A model generated the notes under the pieces. That model was not told the DNA's origin. It was given only the letters and a program-made list of their open reading frames with translations, and made no database searches. The position numbers and the translations under genes were made by a program. Source: a virus (lineage: Duplodnaviria > Caudoviricetes). From it: a stretch of DNA of 28,447 bases. Positions within the stretch are counted from its first letter, which is position 1; every line of letters begins with the position of its first letter. The DNA lies in IMG/VR virus record IMGVR_UViG_3300044216_001692, positions 1 to 28,447 of that record. One strand, written 5' to 3'. Shown here one piece after another: positions 1 through 7,962 of this stretch.

Positions 1-1293
1 AGATTCAACAAGGCTACGAAGCTTGGTCATTGTGTTATCAATAATCCTGCGCTCGTCCCCCTCGTGTAGTCCAGATATAACAATACTGAGGTGGTCAAGG
101 ACTACGTATTCAACGTCCATAACCTTAGCCATATAACGTATGTGACCGATAAGGTTGTCGCTATCCAACGAACCCCAATGGTCATACAGGAAGCAACGCC
201 CAGAACCGACGGTAGCTTTAAAGGCTTCGTTGTATTCGTCGGTAGCTTGGAACTCTGGGTCGAGGTGTATAAGCTTCTGCATCTCAAGACCGATAATGGA
301 GTTAGCAGTACGCTCAATGGATTCCTCAAGGGCAATGTACCCTACCTTGTGGTCAGCTTTGAGAAGGTCGTGTGCAATAATCTTACATACATGCGACTTA
401 CCTACCCCAGACCCAGCGGCAAAGGTTACAATCTCTCCACGACGAAGACCGTGAGTTAGACGGTTCAACCCTTTGAAGGGGTAGTTTACGGACTGATTGT
501 CTTTAGGAGTGGTAAGCCTTTCATAGAGGTCAACGCCGTCCGTGATAGCGTCAGGCTTCCAAGGCTTAGCATCCCACATAGCACGAACAATCTCGGTCTG
601 GCGTTTAGCCAACAACAACTCGTTAGGGTCTTTCATAGGAAGACGAGCTATCTTTGTCTTACCTGCTGGCAGTAGATGACTAACTTCCTCTGATGCTTTA
701 CGTCCCTGCTCATCTTCGTCAAACATAAGCACCACTGTCTCAAACTGGTCGAGCCAAGGGAACTGCGCTTTGAAGATAGACTTAGCTGATTGCGCTCCGC
801 TTGGTAGAGATACTACAGGCCATTTACCATCGCCGTTAGCCATCGCCACGGATAGGCAATCAACCTCTCCCTCGGTTACAACGAGCATACGCCCTCCGTT
901 AGGCCATAGATGCTGTCCGAAGAACACACTAGGTGCGCCCTTGCATTGAAAGCGTTTGTCTCTGAATCGTAGCTTCTGTGCTACTAGCTGTCCTTCAAGG
1001 TCTCTGTAGTTTGCTACGTGACAAGTCTCGCCATTATAGGTAGCGACGTGGTATCCATACTTCTTACAAATATCTTTGGTTAAACCACGAGCAGGTATAT
1101 CCAGCGTGTTGCCAGTGAGGAAGCCTGTAGGTTTAGTTTCTTTAGGAGTCACAGTATAAGTATTGCCCTTTCTTGGTGTCCAAGTTCCGCAACTGTAACA
1201 CTTGGTGCTTCCGTCGGTGTTTATTGTTAAGGCATCGCTTGAGCCGCAGTTTTCGCATGGTTGATGTGTTAGTTGTGATGTTAGTGTATCCAT
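1..1293 (-). CDS. gp4: T7-like primase/helicase, 3' end truncated by the window edge
   Basis: Not in the ORF track because it runs off the edge. ATG at 1293 translates MDTLTSQLTHQPCENCGSSDALTINTDGSTKCYSCG (Zn-binding CxxC...CxxC). Walker A AAGSGVGKS lies near 395-420. It directly follows endonuclease I, as in T7. Confidence 0.95.
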   Translation of the reverse strand, partial: MDTLTSQLTHQPCENCGSSDALTINTDGSTKCYSCGTWTPRKGNTYTVTPKETKPTGFLTGNTLDIPARGLTKDICKKYGYHVATYNGETCHVANYRDLEGQLVAQKLRFRDKRFQCKGAPSVFFGQHLWPNGGRMLVVTEGEVDCLSVAMANGDGKWPVVSLPSGAQSAKSIFKAQFPWLDQFETVVLMFDEDEQGRKASEEVSHLLPAGKTKIARLPMKDPNELLLAKRQTEIVRAMWDAKPWKPDAITDGVDLYERLTTPKDNQSVNYPFKGLNRLTHGLRRGEIVTFAAGSGVGKSHVCKIIAHDLLKADHKVGYIALEESIERTANSIIGLEMQKLIHLDPEFQATDEYNEAFKATVGSGRCFLYDHWGSLDSDNLIGHIRYMAKVMDVEYVVLDHLSIVISGLHEGDERRIIDNTMTKLRSLVES

Positions 1294-1685
1294 TCTGTTG
1301 GTATTGTTTTGTGAGCCCACAGAAAGCCGTGCTTGTCGCACCACTCCCCGTATGTGGTCTTGCTCTTTTTGCTGAGTGTGTTGTGTGCGTTCTGAAAGCA
1401 AAATCTAATGTCCAGTTCTGGGTTACAGTCACGCACTCGTAAGTGCTTAGTTCTATCGGCAGGTATCCAGTAACCCTTCGCTTCAATAATAATCCCGTTA
1501 GGCAATATAAAGTCTGGGGTATACGTAGCTTCCTTCGTGTATTTCACCTTCAGACTTTCGTAGTCGAAGGAAGCCCCCACCCGTTCAAGGGTGAGAGCAA
1601 GTTGAGCTTCGAAGCGCGAGCGATATTTAGAAGCCGACGCCCGACGGGGCTTCTTCTTCAAACGCTGTATCCAAGGATTCGCCAT
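1281..1685 (-). CDS. gp3: Endonuclease I / Holliday junction resolvase
   Basis: Motifs YRSRFE, YTPDFILPNGIIIEAKG, DRTKHL and TTYGEWCDKHGF. The start is uncertain: ATG 1685 chosen, the track gives 1730. Confidence 0.93.
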   Translation of the reverse strand: MANPWIQRLKKKPRRASASKYRSRFEAQLALTLERVGASFDYESLKVKYTKEATYTPDFILPNGIIIEAKGYWIPADRTKHLRVRDCNPELDIRFCFQNAHNTLSKKSKTTYGEWCDKHGFLWAHKTIPTEWIH

Positions 1686-2211
1686 CACTAATGAACGAGC
1701 CCTCTTCCTTTCCGAAGACAGAGCCGCCACCTGCGTATTCTATTAGGTCTATTACTTGAACTGCTTTAAGGCGCAGTGTGTAGCCGAAGCCTTGAGTAGG
1801 AGTGAACCATGTGTACACTTCCGTACTTAGCTTGAGGGTTGAACCACTTCCGATGTTGGGAGCCTTGCCTAAGCGTGTGCCACTTGCATCAAAGACAGGA
1901 ACAGTGAACGTTAAAAGTCCTTTAGCTGTCTGGCGTTGAGCGACTTGCTTAGCATATAGCTCATAGTCCCCCTCCTCTGTGATACGGATAGGGCTAGTAG
2001 TAGCACGTTTAAGCTTCTTGCCTTTAATGGCACACTCTGCTTCGTACTCTTTCTCTACGATTTCGGTTACTGTTTTACTAAACACATTGAAGTCATCCTC
2101 ACTTACGTGAAGCTTACAGTGGTAAACTCCGTCAGTGTTAAACTTCGTGTCTGGTTCTGCTATGCGTGGGTACACTGCTGTACCCTTGGGTGTTGTCAGT
2201 ATTTTACTCAT
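1627..2211 (-). CDS. gp2.5: Single-stranded DNA-binding protein
   Basis: LTTPKGTAVYPRIAEPDTKF N-terminus, IGSGS and LRLKAVQVIDL motifs, acidic tail ending in Phe, and position upstream of gp3. Confidence 0.92.
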   Translation of the reverse strand: MSKILTTPKGTAVYPRIAEPDTKFNTDGVYHCKLHVSEDDFNVFSKTVTEIVEKEYEAECAIKGKKLKRATTSPIRITEEGDYELYAKQVAQRQTAKGLLTFTVPVFDASGTRLGKAPNIGSGSTLKLSTEVYTWFTPTQGFGYTLRLKAVQVIDLIEYAGGGSVFGKEEGSFISDGESLDTAFEEEAPSGVGF

Positions 2212-2246
2212 TTGTTTATCTCTATTTTGGTTTTTGGTTGTCTCCG

Positions 2247-4658
2247 TTAGGAGAAGAAATACTTGCTATCCAACACCTCGGAGATGTCGGCGTTGCCGTA
2301 AGCTGGAATGTCTGGGAAATTTATTTCTGGGTTATTCTCAGATAGTTGATGTAAAAGAAGCTCTAACTGGTCAACCTCAAAAACACTTAAATACTGTTCT
2401 CTTAAAGTTTTGTTTAACCTAGGGCAGTTTGTAGAGTGAGTTCCATAGCTATCGTGTATCATGGCAAAATCCCATATTCCTTGTTTATTACATTCAATGA
2501 CTGTTTTTGTCAGGCACGCCGCGTCTAGCGAGTGAACATAGTTAGGGCTGATGCCTGACTTCTGTTTGCGAGGACTGATTGCATCGTCTTCGCTATACCA
2601 TTTTACATAAGTAGCCTGTCCACTGATGTTGGTATTTACATTTTGGCTTGTAGTTTTGTAGTAACTCTGAAGAACAGGAAAGCCTGAAGGAGTAACCCAA
2701 CTTATAGGCTTTCCGTGCTGTGCCAACTTTTTAGCGCAGGACTGCAACCACTGCATACAATCTTTTGGTTTGTCGAGGACTTCGTTAATTGAAGCCCACG
2801 TCAGTTTACTGAGGTAGCCAGTAACTTTGTAACGCTCATCCTCTGTGAACGGGTTGGCGCATCGTGTTTTACGCAAGGTGTCTTGATACCATTCGTCAAC
2901 ATAATCACGGCAGGAGTAGAACGTACCGCCGTAAGGCCACACCATTGTAGGGCGTTTAGCCAGCTTACGGTTGATGCCAAACTTAATCCATTTTTCCGCG
3001 TAAGGGTGAGTATCGCCCTTGAGTTTTGCTAAGATGGAGTCAGAGACAACTCTGTAAATATCTTCAGGTGAATCACTTGTGAGTACATTTGTTGCTTTGG
3101 CTCCATATTCGTCCCGCATCAACATAGATAGGATTTGAAGACCATTGTTTGATGCGTCTAAATTTACAGGAAGCTGTGTCATTAGCTTACCTGTCTTACG
3201 TAGCTGACCCCACTCAAAGCACCACGCAAGGAACTGGAAGGGTTCGTCAGCGTCCATCCATATAAGATTAGTGGTAGGACTCTCGTAGATAGCTATAGCG
3301 TCCTTAGAGAAGCTCTCAGCCCATTCTACACGCTTGTCTAATGTAAGCTTGTCGTTGCCGAAAGTATTTGCACCTTGGATAGCTAACCACTTTACATCCT
3401 CGTCAGCTTTAATGCGTGCTGGTCGGTGAAACTGTAATAAACCACGGCTGATGTCTGGGCCTTGGATGCCAAGAAAGGCAGGTATGTTATAAACACGCCC
3501 ACGGAAATCTACGTGTGATGGATAAAAGAAACGATTACCAGAAAGCTTTTTAGCAACGTAAAGTATCTTCGAAACGAGAAGGCGACGACTGGTATTAGAG
3601 AGCCGTGAGTTATATACTTTAGCCGCCTGCCTTCTCCAAGTGGTGTTGGACTCTTTATTCTCTTTAAAGTCTATTGGGACAGGAGGGAGAGCTTCCTGTT
3701 CACGGCTAGGAAGTCCGTCCACTATGACATTATTTTCCCAACACCACTCCATCGCCTGCATTACCTTGTCATTGATTGCCCAAGGTGTCTGCTGGATTAG
3801 ATTAGTTGCTTCCATCGGCTCAGGCAGTGCGCCCGTGATAGTCCGAAGGTAGTCCATGTTGTTCGTTTTGATAAACGGAACTTTAGGTAGATAGGATTCC
3901 TTGTGGTCGTAACCACCATCCCAAATGTTTGTCCAACGGGCTGGCAGTTCTACTGTAGGTAGCCAGAAGGGTTCTATAAATTCTCTGTGGTCATTAAACT
4001 CCTCAATCCATTGAAGAGTATCTGGAGTGGCACTGATGTAACGTGTAGGGCGCTTACGGCTCTTCTCCAGTATGTAGGTGTATTCGATAAGGTTTGTGGA
4101 CACACGGACAAGCTCAGTCATAATTAACCCCATGTTGAGCTTATCTCTGTGTGACCACGGTTCCCAAGCATCCATCAAACCTTTGTCGGCTTCGTGTTTC
4201 ATTGAGGAACGTATATGCCTAGTCTTGGCGGCTGTGCCTTTGCGTCTTACAGCACCGAGGATGATGCCCTGCCCTTTTTCTTCGTTGTTTTCGATTAGAA
4301 AGCGACAGCGCAATTCATCCTCAATCAACTTGCCTAAAAAGATGGACGCACTGGCTAACGTCTTCTTCTGCGTAATGCAGTCGAGTAGAGCTTTGATTGA
4401 GAGAAAACTTAGAACCTTGGGGTCTAGGTCTTGCGTCTCTATTTGGAATCGTGCTTTATTATCTACTCTTGATAGGGATTCCTGCCAGTTCTTAATAGCT
4501 TTGTTGAGGTCAGGCAAAGCGGCTCTCATCAATCGTTGACCGTAGGGTGTCTGTAGTTCAGCCCCGCGAGCTTTCGCTGACTCAACCTTGGCTCGGTATC
4601 TGCCTACGCCTAGTGTGGTCATGTCCTCGTTTAGCTCCGATTGTGTTAACTCGCTCAT
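2247..4658 (-). CDS. gp1: T7-like single-subunit DNA-directed RNA polymerase (803 aa)
   Basis: DFRGRVY, motif A LDASNNGLQ, motif B RKLAKRPTMVWPYG, PNYVHSLDA, motif C IHDSYGTH, and C-terminal YFFS. Confidence 0.98.
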   Translation of the reverse strand: MSELTQSELNEDMTTLGVGRYRAKVESAKARGAELQTPYGQRLMRAALPDLNKAIKNWQESLSRVDNKARFQIETQDLDPKVLSFLSIKALLDCITQKKTLASASIFLGKLIEDELRCRFLIENNEEKGQGIILGAVRRKGTAAKTRHIRSSMKHEADKGLMDAWEPWSHRDKLNMGLIMTELVRVSTNLIEYTYILEKSRKRPTRYISATPDTLQWIEEFNDHREFIEPFWLPTVELPARWTNIWDGGYDHKESYLPKVPFIKTNNMDYLRTITGALPEPMEATNLIQQTPWAINDKVMQAMEWCWENNVIVDGLPSREQEALPPVPIDFKENKESNTTWRRQAAKVYNSRLSNTSRRLLVSKILYVAKKLSGNRFFYPSHVDFRGRVYNIPAFLGIQGPDISRGLLQFHRPARIKADEDVKWLAIQGANTFGNDKLTLDKRVEWAESFSKDAIAIYESPTTNLIWMDADEPFQFLAWCFEWGQLRKTGKLMTQLPVNLDASNNGLQILSMLMRDEYGAKATNVLTSDSPEDIYRVVSDSILAKLKGDTHPYAEKWIKFGINRKLAKRPTMVWPYGGTFYSCRDYVDEWYQDTLRKTRCANPFTEDERYKVTGYLSKLTWASINEVLDKPKDCMQWLQSCAKKLAQHGKPISWVTPSGFPVLQSYYKTTSQNVNTNISGQATYVKWYSEDDAISPRKQKSGISPNYVHSLDAACLTKTVIECNKQGIWDFAMIHDSYGTHSTNCPRLNKTLREQYLSVFEVDQLELLLHQLSENNPEINFPDIPAYGNADISEVLDSKYFFS

Positions 4659-4693
4659 GCTCAGATATTTGTCAGTGTATTGTCACTACGCAA
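4659..4693 (-). promoter_or_regulatory. Putative sigma70-type promoter for a leaderless RNAP mRNA
   Basis: Minus strand TTGCGT (4693-4688), 17 nt, AAATAT (4670-4665), 6 nt, then the ATG at 4658. No Shine-Dalgarno. Each box matches consensus only 3/6. Confidence 0.35.
4668..4687. repeat. 20-bp direct repeat, copy 1 (probable integrase arm-type site)
   Basis: TTTGTCAGTGTATTGTCACT, identical to 4925-4944. It contains two TTGTCA(G/C)T units. Confidence 0.8.
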
Positions 4694-4743
4694 CAGTAAA
4701 CTGCTGTCAGCAACGGATATGTGTTTGAAATTATTATCTAAAA

Positions 4744-4756
4744 AATCAACGGCTTA
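4744..4756 (+). promoter_or_regulatory. IHF-binding consensus within attP
   Basis: AATCAACGGCTTA matches WATCAANNNNTTR exactly and lies between the arm repeat and the att core. Confidence 0.6.
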
Positions 4757-4778
4757 CGTCGATTCGACTTTTTCGAGA

Positions 4779-4834
4779 GACTGTAACTCCCTCGCGGAGA
4801 CGCACGCTTGGTTCGATTCCAAGGTCGCCCACCA
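4779..4834 (+). mobile_element. attP: attP core: 3' portion of a tRNA-Tyr(GTA) gene
   Basis: GA-CTGTAAC-TCCCT (anticodon GTA at 4783-4785), long variable arm GCG-GAGA-CGC, T-arm CTTGG-TTCGATT-CCAAG, acceptor strand GTCGCCC-A-CCA. There is no 5' acceptor strand or D-arm upstream. It lies just downstream of a tyrosine integrase. Confidence 0.9.
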
Positions 4835-4924
4835 TTTAACTTGCTATTTTTAAAACATAATTTCAGCCTGTCTAATTTTACCTCTTTTTAAGAAATTTGT
4901 CACTAATTGCTACCAGTGACGTAG

Positions 4925-4944
4925 TTTGTCAGTGTATTGTCACT
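4925..4944. repeat. 20-bp direct repeat, copy 2 (probable integrase arm-type site)
   Basis: TTTGTCAGTGTATTGTCACT, identical to 4668-4687. An extra half site TTTGTCACT lies at 4896-4904. Confidence 0.8.
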
Positions 4945-5131
4945 TATTATCTATAATTACACGCTCTTGGAGTCGCGCAATTTTACGTTTTAGACCTTCA
5001 ATGTCTTTAAGTAACTGCTCGTTTTGTTTTGATAATGAATCACACGCTTTTGTCATTGCGTTTAGCCCTCTTGTAAGAACGGCGTCGGCGTCTGGTTTGA
5101 ACAGCGAGTGGTTTACCTGTTTTGATGGCAT
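4940..5131 (-). CDS. Hypothetical 63-aa coiled-coil protein
   Basis: Heptad-like LSKQNEQLLKDIEGLKRKIARLQE. A/C-rich leader like other genes here. Sits between int and attP. Confidence 0.65.
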   Translation of the reverse strand: MPSKQVNHSLFKPDADAVLTRGLNAMTKACDSLSKQNEQLLKDIEGLKRKIARLQERVIIDNK

Positions 5132-5175
5132 GTTTTTTGATTAGTTTAGTTAGTAGTGTTGATGTTCTCATAAAA

Positions 5176-6183
5176 CTAGAGAGCTTGTTCTAATGCGACC
5201 TTAGCGTCAAGAAAATTCCTAGGCGTCAGCTTGGCGTAGCGCAGGGTCATCTCGTAGGTGCGGTGTCCCATCCATTCTTTAACCACATGAAGTGGTACAT
5301 TACGTTGGACTAAGCGTGACGCACAGGTGTGCCGTGTCAAATAGAAGACAAACTCTGGGTCTACATCATTCATAGTCTCACGGACGAACCTCCAGTTCTT
5401 ACGGATGTTACTTTCCGTGAACTGGGCAAAGGGCATAAATTCAGTAGCCGATAAATAAGTGAACGCAAAGTGCGCTCTTTTGGTTAACGGAATGGTACGT
5501 GGGTAAGCGTTCTTGGTCTTACGCAGGTCAATAAGGTAACCTAGCTCTGGGTCTTCACGAAGAGACGCCTGAGACACATTACGAGACTCTATAGGACGCA
5601 TACCTGTGTCGATGCTCCACTCAAGGAAGTAAGCAAAGTGATTACGCCCGTCGGCACGCAAAGCCTCAAGCATTTCATACTCTTCTTCTTCAGTAAAGAA
5701 ACGTAGGCGTTGGTTGCTAACTTTCTTACGCTCAATCTTAGGTCGGCTGTTTATGTAGCCCCTGTCTTGTGCGTAGGTGAGAGCCTTAGAAACCGTTGCA
5801 AGACGTCCGTTGATGGTAGAGGCCGCTAAGCCTTTACGCTCCATTGTTCCTATAAATTCGTCAAGAGAAGATGTGTTTATTTTATCTACTGGCTGGGTAG
5901 CTCCGAAGAACTCATTGATAAGACGAATATTACCTAGCTGTGTGGACTCGTTTGCGGTGTCTTCCCAATAACGCACAAAGGTCTTACTCAGTAACTCATC
6001 AATAGTAATCTTACCGTCTTTGGCGTCGAGTAGCTCTTGATAAGGCATATTAAGTCTAATGCGTTTCTTTAGTTCTGCTTCCCAAGCGTATGCCTCTTCT
6101 GAAGTAGGGAACTGCTTACGATGTCGCACTCCGCTAGACATAAAGTCAGCCATAAACTTGTTGCCGTTTTGTCTTACGCTCAT
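5176..6183 (-). CDS. int: Tyrosine recombinase / phage integrase
   Basis: TGMRPIE (Arg), RKTKN (Lys), YLTRHTCASRL (HxxR box with Tyr in place of His), WMGH, TLRYAKL (Tyr). N-terminal arm-binding-like segment RHRKQFPTSEEA. Confidence 0.96.
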   Translation of the reverse strand: MSVRQNGNKFMADFMSSGVRHRKQFPTSEEAYAWEAELKKRIRLNMPYQELLDAKDGKITIDELLSKTFVRYWEDTANESTQLGNIRLINEFFGATQPVDKINTSSLDEFIGTMERKGLAASTINGRLATVSKALTYAQDRGYINSRPKIERKKVSNQRLRFFTEEEEYEMLEALRADGRNHFAYFLEWSIDTGMRPIESRNVSQASLREDPELGYLIDLRKTKNAYPRTIPLTKRAHFAFTYLSATEFMPFAQFTESNIRKNWRFVRETMNDVDPEFVFYLTRHTCASRLVQRNVPLHVVKEWMGHRTYEMTLRYAKLTPRNFLDAKVALEQAL

Positions 6184-6404
6184 TTTAATCCTTCCTTCTC
6201 AATTAAATCAAAGGAGCCCACTGTATCTTTTGATACCCAAGGCGCTTTCCGATTTCGTTTAGTCCAGAATTCGGCGTAACCAACATCTACGAGCTTTTTG
6301 GTTTCTTTCTCCCATACTTTTTGTGTTGTAAACTTAGTGGCGACAGAAACCGCACGATAAAGGTTGCGATATTGGCTGTTTCTTGTGTGTGTTATTGTAG
6401 TCAT
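6180..6404 (-). CDS. Hypothetical 74-aa basic protein coupled to int
   Basis: Its stop overlaps the int start codon (ATGA, 6180-6183). Confidence 0.6.
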   Translation of the reverse strand: MTTITHTRNSQYRNLYRAVSVATKFTTQKVWEKETKKLVDVGYAEFWTKRNRKAPWVSKDTVGSFDLIEKEGLK

Positions 6405-6412
6405 ACAACACT

Positions 6413-6440
6413 AGAATCACAGGTTTTTAAACGTATGCAA
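6413..6440 (-). promoter_or_regulatory. Putative sigma70-type promoter for the 74-aa ORF/int operon
   Basis: TTGCAT (6440-6435), 16 nt, GATTCT (6418-6413), 8 nt before the ATG at 6404. An AT-rich tract lies upstream. Confidence 0.4.
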
Positions 6441-6622
6441 GAAAAAAGTTTTTAAAAAGACAGCTTCTTTTTGAAACCTTACGTAAAATGTGACGAAGGA
6501 TTTAAAAGCGGGACAAAGGATATATTACAACATTATTGTTGCATAAAAAACAGGCAAACGTGATAGTGGTGGGCAAGACATCGACGAGTGCAAGGGTATA
6601 CCAGGTGTGTTTGGAATAGCAG

Positions 6623-6654
6623 AAAAAAAGCCCAGAGAGAGTATCTCTGAGCTT
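6623..6654 (-). terminator. Intrinsic terminator ending the early operon
   Basis: Minus strand AGCTCAGAGA-TACTC-TCTCTGGGCT followed by a T run. Confidence 0.8.
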
Positions 6655-6660
6655 GTGTGG

Positions 6661-6816
6661 TTATTTAGCCGATAAGTATACTATAATTACAAATAAGCTA
6701 ATGTTAATCGTGATTAGTGTATAAGCTATGATTTTATCAGTATGTTTGTATATATTCCATGTTTTTGTAGGGTTTTGTTTGAGCGAAGTAGAGCCAGCAG
6801 GTGCGGACGCTACCAT
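6661..6816 (-). CDS. Possible 51-aa single-pass membrane protein (not in ORF track)
   Basis: MVASAPAGSTSLKQNPTKTWNIYKHTDKIIAYTLITINISLFVIIVYLSAK. It overlaps the end of the GGCT gene and ends just before the terminator. Start uncertain. Confidence 0.35.
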   Translation of the reverse strand: MVASAPAGSTSLKQNPTKTWNIYKHTDKIIAYTLITINISLFVIIVYLSAK

Positions 6817-7741
6817 CGGTGAGTTCTATGTCGGTTAGTTTACGTTCATAGAAATTTGGGTGAGACTCTAGGTGGTCTAGTGATACTCGGACGTTATCGT
6901 CGTGAACTTCGTAGACTTCTACATTGATTTGGTCACGATGTTCGTGTTCGTATACGTAAGGTATACCTGATTTTTGCATTGCATACTTGCTGACAGTTTT
7001 GCCAACACCGACTAGGCTAGAGTTACCTAGAACTGAATGGTTGCTGAAGCCAGACTTGAGTGTGCCGTAGACAGCTACGAGGTTAACGTCCTGCCAGTCG
7101 TATAGGTCGGCAATAGGTTGGTCGTCATATACGCTGGATGTGTCAGACATGTCATATTGTTCGGTGTATAAGTAGTCGTCATTGTCCCAGTAATCTTCAT
7201 ACGTTTTGTATGTAGGTGTGTAGGTTTTACCATAGTGGTAACCAATGGTGGATTGTCTGGTATGGAAGCAGTTGTTTTTGGAATAGAACACGCCGTCTTT
7301 TTCGTGCCATTTTCCGTAGCGCGATACACTACCGTCTGGATATGTGATAGCGAATCTAGTGTCGGTCATGCTTAGCATAGGTTCCCATGTATCTTGTTTG
7401 AAGGCTTTGAGATAGCCCGCGACAACTGCGGTGTCACAAGTGTCTTTGTCACCAAGGTCGGCAACAGTGCCGTTACTGAACAGACGTATGAGGTCTTGGA
7501 CGTGGTAAGGATGGCAAGTAGCTTTGTCTACTGCGCCGCGTGTGGCGAAACGATAATGAGCAACGAATGGACGTTTGGTTATGACAAGCTCGTGAGCGTG
7601 GTTGTAATCCATAGTGCGGATACATTCGTTGGTGTCAGTGTAAACAATACCAAAGCCGTCTGGATTGATGGATTCTGCATTGTCGAGGATATGTTGCGGT
7701 ATGATAGTGTCCGCGTTTGGTTTGTGTATTATTAAGCACAT
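6737..7741 (-). CDS. Class II (Ntn) glutamine amidotransferase fused to a C-terminal gamma-glutamylcyclotransferase (AIG2/GGCT-like) domain
   Basis: N-terminal nucleophile Cys (MCLII), NPDGFG, AHYRFATRG, CHPY, SNG, DTCDT. After a Tyr/Asp-rich linker come VAVYGTLKSGFSNH, VEVYEV and LDHLESHPNFYER of the GGCT family. Confidence 0.88.
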   Translation of the reverse strand: MCLIIHKPNADTIIPQHILDNAESINPDGFGIVYTDTNECIRTMDYNHAHELVITKRPFVAHYRFATRGAVDKATCHPYHVQDLIRLFSNGTVADLGDKDTCDTAVVAGYLKAFKQDTWEPMLSMTDTRFAITYPDGSVSRYGKWHEKDGVFYSKNNCFHTRQSTIGYHYGKTYTPTYKTYEDYWDNDDYLYTEQYDMSDTSSVYDDQPIADLYDWQDVNLVAVYGTLKSGFSNHSVLGNSSLVGVGKTVSKYAMQKSGIPYVYEHEHRDQINVEVYEVHDDNVRVSLDHLESHPNFYERKLTDIELTDGSVRTCWLYFAQTKPYKNMEYIQTY

Positions 7742-7762
7742 AGTATTGTGTGTATTGTGTGG

Positions 7763-7960
7763 TTAGGATTGGTTAATTTGTTGGTCGGCTCTCCAATCAA
7801 TTTCGGCAGTTGATATTTGAACTTCGATACCTTCACCTACTGAGACGTAAATGCTTCCGTCATCTTCGTTGGCTGGTATATCGTTGTCTTTGAACCATTG
7901 CAGTGCGAGTTTAATATTGCCGTCTAGGAATAATGTTTTTATGTTTTTGTTTTTATCCAT
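7763..7960 (-). CDS. Hypothetical 65-aa protein
   Basis: Tightly packed between the amidoligase and GATase genes on the same strand. Confidence 0.7.
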   Translation of the reverse strand: MDKNKNIKTLFLDGNIKLALQWFKDNDIPANEDDGSIYVSVGEGIEVQISTAEIDWRADQQINQS

Positions 7961-7962
7961 GG

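Noticed and set aside
1142-1486. 114-aa minus-strand ORF
   Set aside because: It is an alternative frame over endonuclease I and the primase start.
4750-4834. Complete functional tRNA-Tyr gene
   Set aside because: There is no 5' acceptor strand (GGGCGAC expected) or D-arm upstream, and the anticodon stem has a mismatch. It is better explained as the attP core.
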